Source: Calcarisporiella thermophila CBS 279.70 (taxonomy: Eukaryota; Fungi; Calcarisporiellomycota). From it: 64,000 nucleotides of DNA. Below the pieces are notes generated by a model that was not told the DNA's origin, did no database searches, and saw only the letters and a list, made by a program, of their open reading frames with translations. Location of the stretch: NCBI RefSeq assembly GCF_041956535.1, contig NW_027192222.1, positions 207,477 through 271,476 of the forward strand. Direction: 5' to 3'. Positions 59,978 to 64,000 of this stretch are shown piece after piece. The position numbers were made by a program, and so were the translations under genes. Numbering within the stretch: the first letter of the stretch is position 1; each line of letters opens with the position of its first letter.

Positions 59978-61528
59978 TCATCCCTTATTCATTCGGTTGC
60001 CTGATAAGAGCAAATTGAGCATGAAATCATTCAGCATTCCCCTAAACCTAAAAAATTCGGATCTACAATCTTACCCCATCCCTTTGGATTATTGTCCTTG
60101 AAATCATCCCACGATCGTTGCTTGTATGTTTCCTTATCAATGGCCTCCTCGTCGTTGTCATCGATCTCCTTTTTCTCGGGTTCCTTCCTGTTGGATCCCA
60201 TCAATGAGTTTCGTTAGTGATCAGGGACTTGATGAGTAGAGATAAGGAGGTATGCAAAGTTAGAAAGAGGGAACACACTTACCCTCCCCCACTGATGATG
60301 TTCCCACGCTGTCGCTCTTGCTCAAGGTATTCGTCTATAGTCATGGTAGGAAGTGCCCAACCGGGACGAAACACTTGCTGTTTAAGCTGCTCCCGTTGGC
60401 TCATAATGACAAAGGGTCTTAATGGCTGTAGACAAATAGTCAAAATCAATGGAGCTAGAGAGGGCAACATCCTCGCTCGCAAGCGAAGTGTCTTACCTTT
60501 CCTTCTTTTGATAATAGCGGACCGCTCGGGCTCATTTCTAATCTATCATTATAGTCCTGAGGCTGTCCTCTTACCCGGGTATCTGTCTTGAGGTTGAGAT
60601 GCTTCATTTCCTCCACCATCTTCATCTCCTTTCCGATCGACTCGATTTCTTCCAACGCTTTCTGAACGAACAAATCCAGCAGTGCAAGCACCAACTCTCT
60701 TTCTACCATTTCTCGGTCAAGGTTTTGCGAATCTTCTTGAGGCGAGGAAGTGAGAAGCTGCTGGAGCGAATCTATCCGGGCCTTGGTAGCCTTTTCGCGT
60801 TTGAAGCGTGCAATCTTTTGCTCGCGCAAGGAAGCTTGGTTGGATGGAGTGGAGGCACGCTGTTTCTCGAGAGTTAACTTATCCTATTCGATAATACATA
60901 GTTTACAATCTCTATTTCTGTGCGTAAAATAGAAGATGTCAAAGTGAAGGGGGAGAATAAAAAAGGAATACCTCGTCTGTCAAGATATCATACATCTCAC
61001 AATTGAACAAGAATTGTTCGAATTTTGACTAAAAATATAGAGATGATTGACGTTAGGATCCTATAGTCAAGGAGTTAATCAACACCGCCACAAGTTACTT
61101 TAGCAGTGTTCAGTATATTTTCTCGATCCTGATCCGTTCTCTTGAGTATCAATTCGCCCAAGTATGCCTCTACAAGTAGAAATCTGTGGTAGATTTAATT
61201 ATCCAAATGGTAGAATGGACAGAGAATGATAAGTGGTTTCACAAATTACTTTAGATCGGAAGTGGCCATGTCCTCCAGGCTTTCATTGGAGCTAAATAGG
61301 GAGGCATGCTGTGCTAGAGTCGTGCATTTTTCGAAATGATCTATTGCCTCGGCCAGATCTTTCTGTAGATACCCAATTGAATCATAAGAATGCAATCTAA
61401 AAAACAAACCATCGTTTTGGGAAAGTTACTATGTAGATGGGATCGGTAGAGGAAAGTGCAGAATCTTCGAGCTTCTGATAAAGAGCTTGGCCTGCTTTGA
61501 AATGGCCGTTGAGGGTTAAATCTTCCAT
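59978..61528 (-). CDS. TAP42: Tap42/alpha4 (IGBP1) PP2A regulatory protein, multi-exon
   Basis: LFSSNESLEDMATSDL, REQKIARFKREK, PLLSKEGK/PLRPFVI, VFRPGWALPTMTIDEYLEQE, WDDFKDNNPKGWGNRMNKG*. Confidence 0.93.
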
Positions 61529-62288
61529 GAGATTTCAACTACAAAAAGAGCAGAATATAATTCTAAATTAGGTTTTAAGTATATTTAGAGTGTCAATTAA
61601 TACAAATCCATTGCCTATGTGGCCGTTATTTCTACAATGGATCACGCAAAAATATAAATTGCAGAGCCCGCTGATACACGTCGTTTCGTCGTTACAGAAA
61701 CCAAGTTAGTAGCGCACGAGAGAATAGAATAACCTAATTGCACTATGTCAAGAGGATTTTATTGGATATTTTTACGGCCATTATCCACCATTGATGATAT
61801 CAAGTTAACAGATGTGAAATCAATTGCTATATAGTCAAAGTCTCTGATAAGAGTTCTATTATTTTTTTGGCATAATGTATCTAAAGATTGCAGTAAGCTA
61901 CTATTCCGATTAAATCAATAAAAGTTTACTATTGCTGCCATATTCCTATTAGATAATTTCGCTTCAATAAACATTTATGTCTCCATAGAAAAAACGTGCC
62001 ACCAAATAACTGGTTTTTAAAAAATAATTATTAAGAGAAGATAGAGAATTGAGAAAAGGAGCATTGGTAAGTTTTTAGGATGAAAATCTCTCAATTTTAC
62101 ACATTTTACTAAGGATAGAGGTTTTTTGACTTATTATTTTAATGCGTAAGGAGGCTTGTATTATATAAATACGATTTCCCATAAAATCAACTATCGGAGT
62201 CTTGTTTGGGGTATTAATTTGAAACGATATTATCAGCAAATGGAAAGTACCACTAACCGATGTTAGTATAATCCGCTTTCTTGACCGA

Positions 62289-64000
62289 ATGTCCGCGCAA
62301 ACATCCAATAATAGTGGAAATGTGCATGCTGAGGCAGGTGCACATATTAATGTTGGGAACATAAGTTATAATTTTTTGTTGGGTATGTAGAAAGTTAGAA
62401 AGAAAAGAACAGAAAACTAATGTTCTTTTTTCGGGCATTTACTAGAAGCATGGAGCTCCTCAAAGTTTACCAACTCGAACAATGAAGTCAAAACCACCTT
62501 TTATGGCGTCCCACATGAAAATAAGGCCTTTGTAGAGCGCCCTGACATTTTCAAAAAGATGGAAGATGCACTTTTCGCAGGTCCTAGCGGAGGCTGTAAA
62601 ATCGCAGCACTCAGTGGGTTAGGTGGGATGGGAAAGACCCAACTCATGTTGCGCTTTTGCTACCTCCATCGTACAAAGTATGATTTCGTGTTCTGGCTCA
62701 AAGCCGACAGCTGGATAATGGCGGCTGACTCGTTCCGCAGCCTTGCTATGTACCTTGGTATTCCAGAAATGGTTTTGGAGGAAAAATCAGAGGACAAAAC
62801 TATCGCATGGGTTCGAAATTGGCTTGAAGCCCGCTCAAAATGGCTACTTCTCTTGGACAACTTGGATGATAGAATCGCCAAACAGATATTTCAAATATTG
62901 CCTCGTGAAGGTGGACATATCATTTTGACTACACGCGGGCCAATCCCATCTAGGTGCGCAACGATCATTAGTGTGGGAAATATGAAGGAAGAAGAAGCGC
63001 TCGTGGCACTACTTGGTGAAGAGATGTATTCAATTGACAGAGCGGGTACTCGGTTCCATAACGCGTACCAAATAATTGCGCAGTTTGAGTTTATGCCACT
63101 TGCAATAGAGATTGCGCGCGCCTACATCGAAAATACTGCTTCCTCTTTCCAGAGCTATCTTGATCAACTTAAAAGGAATCGAGAAAAACTGCTTTCGTAT
63201 AAGGATGAAGATTCGCTAGGAGATTATGAGCACACAATAGCAACAGTTTGGAACATTTCTTTTGATCGTGTGCGAGAATTCCCGGCAACTGTGCCGATAC
63301 TTGAAATTTGCACTTTTCTTCATCCGGATGAAATTCCAACACGTCTCTTTGAGCGTCAATTTGTTGCACTCGATCTCTGCTCAAAGTCACAAGCATTGTC
63401 AGATCAACCATTAGGATATGAAGATATTCAAACAGCATTAGCGGTGTTAAATAAATTCTCACTTGTCACAATTACAATTAATGAAGGAGACAGTAATAAT
63501 AAGGAGACAGTATGCAATACGTTAAGGATGCATCGACTCGTGCGTGAAGTGATCTATGCTACAATTGAGGAGTGTAGAAAGGTTAATTGGACATGGAAAT
63601 TAACTGAAGCGCTCAATATCGAGACAGAAAATTTAAATGCTTACGATACCAAAGATAGATCAGTTATGCAAAAATACCTTTCGCACATACGATTTTTCGT
63701 GGAATTACTTGAGAATCTCAATGAGAAAGCTATGCTTTGCAAAGATCATGTCAAGTTGTTAATTCATACAGTATCATACCTGCGTGAAAATGGAGTATAC
63801 GATAGTACAGAAAAACTAGCTGAGTTTTCGGTAATCATTAGTGGAGATATTTATGGACCTGAGCACCCCAACACGGCCAAGTCGGTTAACGAACTGGCCA
63901 TCCTCTACTCAGATATGGGCAAGTACGAACAGGCGGAGCCGCTGTACCAGCGAGCCCTCGTCATCCGAGAGAAGGCGCTGGGACCTGACCACCCTGACAC
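62289..64000 (+). CDS. NLR-like STAND protein: short N-terminal amyloid-like motif + NB-ARC + TPR repeats; truncated by the window end
   Basis: Not in the ORF track because there is no stop in the window. Exon 62289-62382, intron 62383-62445 (GTATGT..CTAAT..TAG), then an open frame with GLGGMGKT (Walker A), WLLLLDNLDD (Walker B), IILTTR, FMPLAI, MHRLV and 42-aa TPRs GPEHPNTAKSVNELAILYSDMGKYEQAEPLYQRALVIREKALGPDHPD. Confidence 0.92.

Noticed and set aside
61560-62200. Search for a divergently transcribed amyloid effector gene beside the NLR
   Set aside because: No ORF or motif copy found; the region is AT-rich promoter DNA shared with TAP42.

Overview
Eukaryotic, intron-containing fungal DNA. 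Short GT-AG introns, Crinkler genes, a class I aldolase and a CigA-like gene suggest an early-diverging lineage (Mucoromycota or Zoopagomycota); this placement is inference. The window has three parts. (1) Housekeeping genes: BRX1, MRPL46, trimethyllysine dioxygenase, an M28 peptidase, NOP1, a PUF protein, RPL16, STE12, RDS3, a CigA-like gene, RPS11, TAF5, MPC1, aldolase, GH17, SUI1 and TAP42. (2) An accessory block at about 5.5-28.4 kb containing a Crinkler (CRN) gene with a premature stop, seven tandem secreted CAP/PR-1-fold genes that all lack the canonical His/Glu tetrad, three small secreted proteins (chagasin/I42-like, defensin-like, Cys-rich orphan), a second CRN relic, an NLR relic, and Tc1 and Gypsy remnants. 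(3) At the right edge, an NB-ARC-TPR NLR missed by the ORF track. Its only N-terminal module is a short, separately exon-encoded motif that aligns gap-free with the HET-s amyloid repeat. This candidate amyloid-signalling NLR is the top finding; no partner effector is visible in the window. Two back-to-back perfect palindromes lie at 46.9 kb. All gene models and alignments were done by eye.
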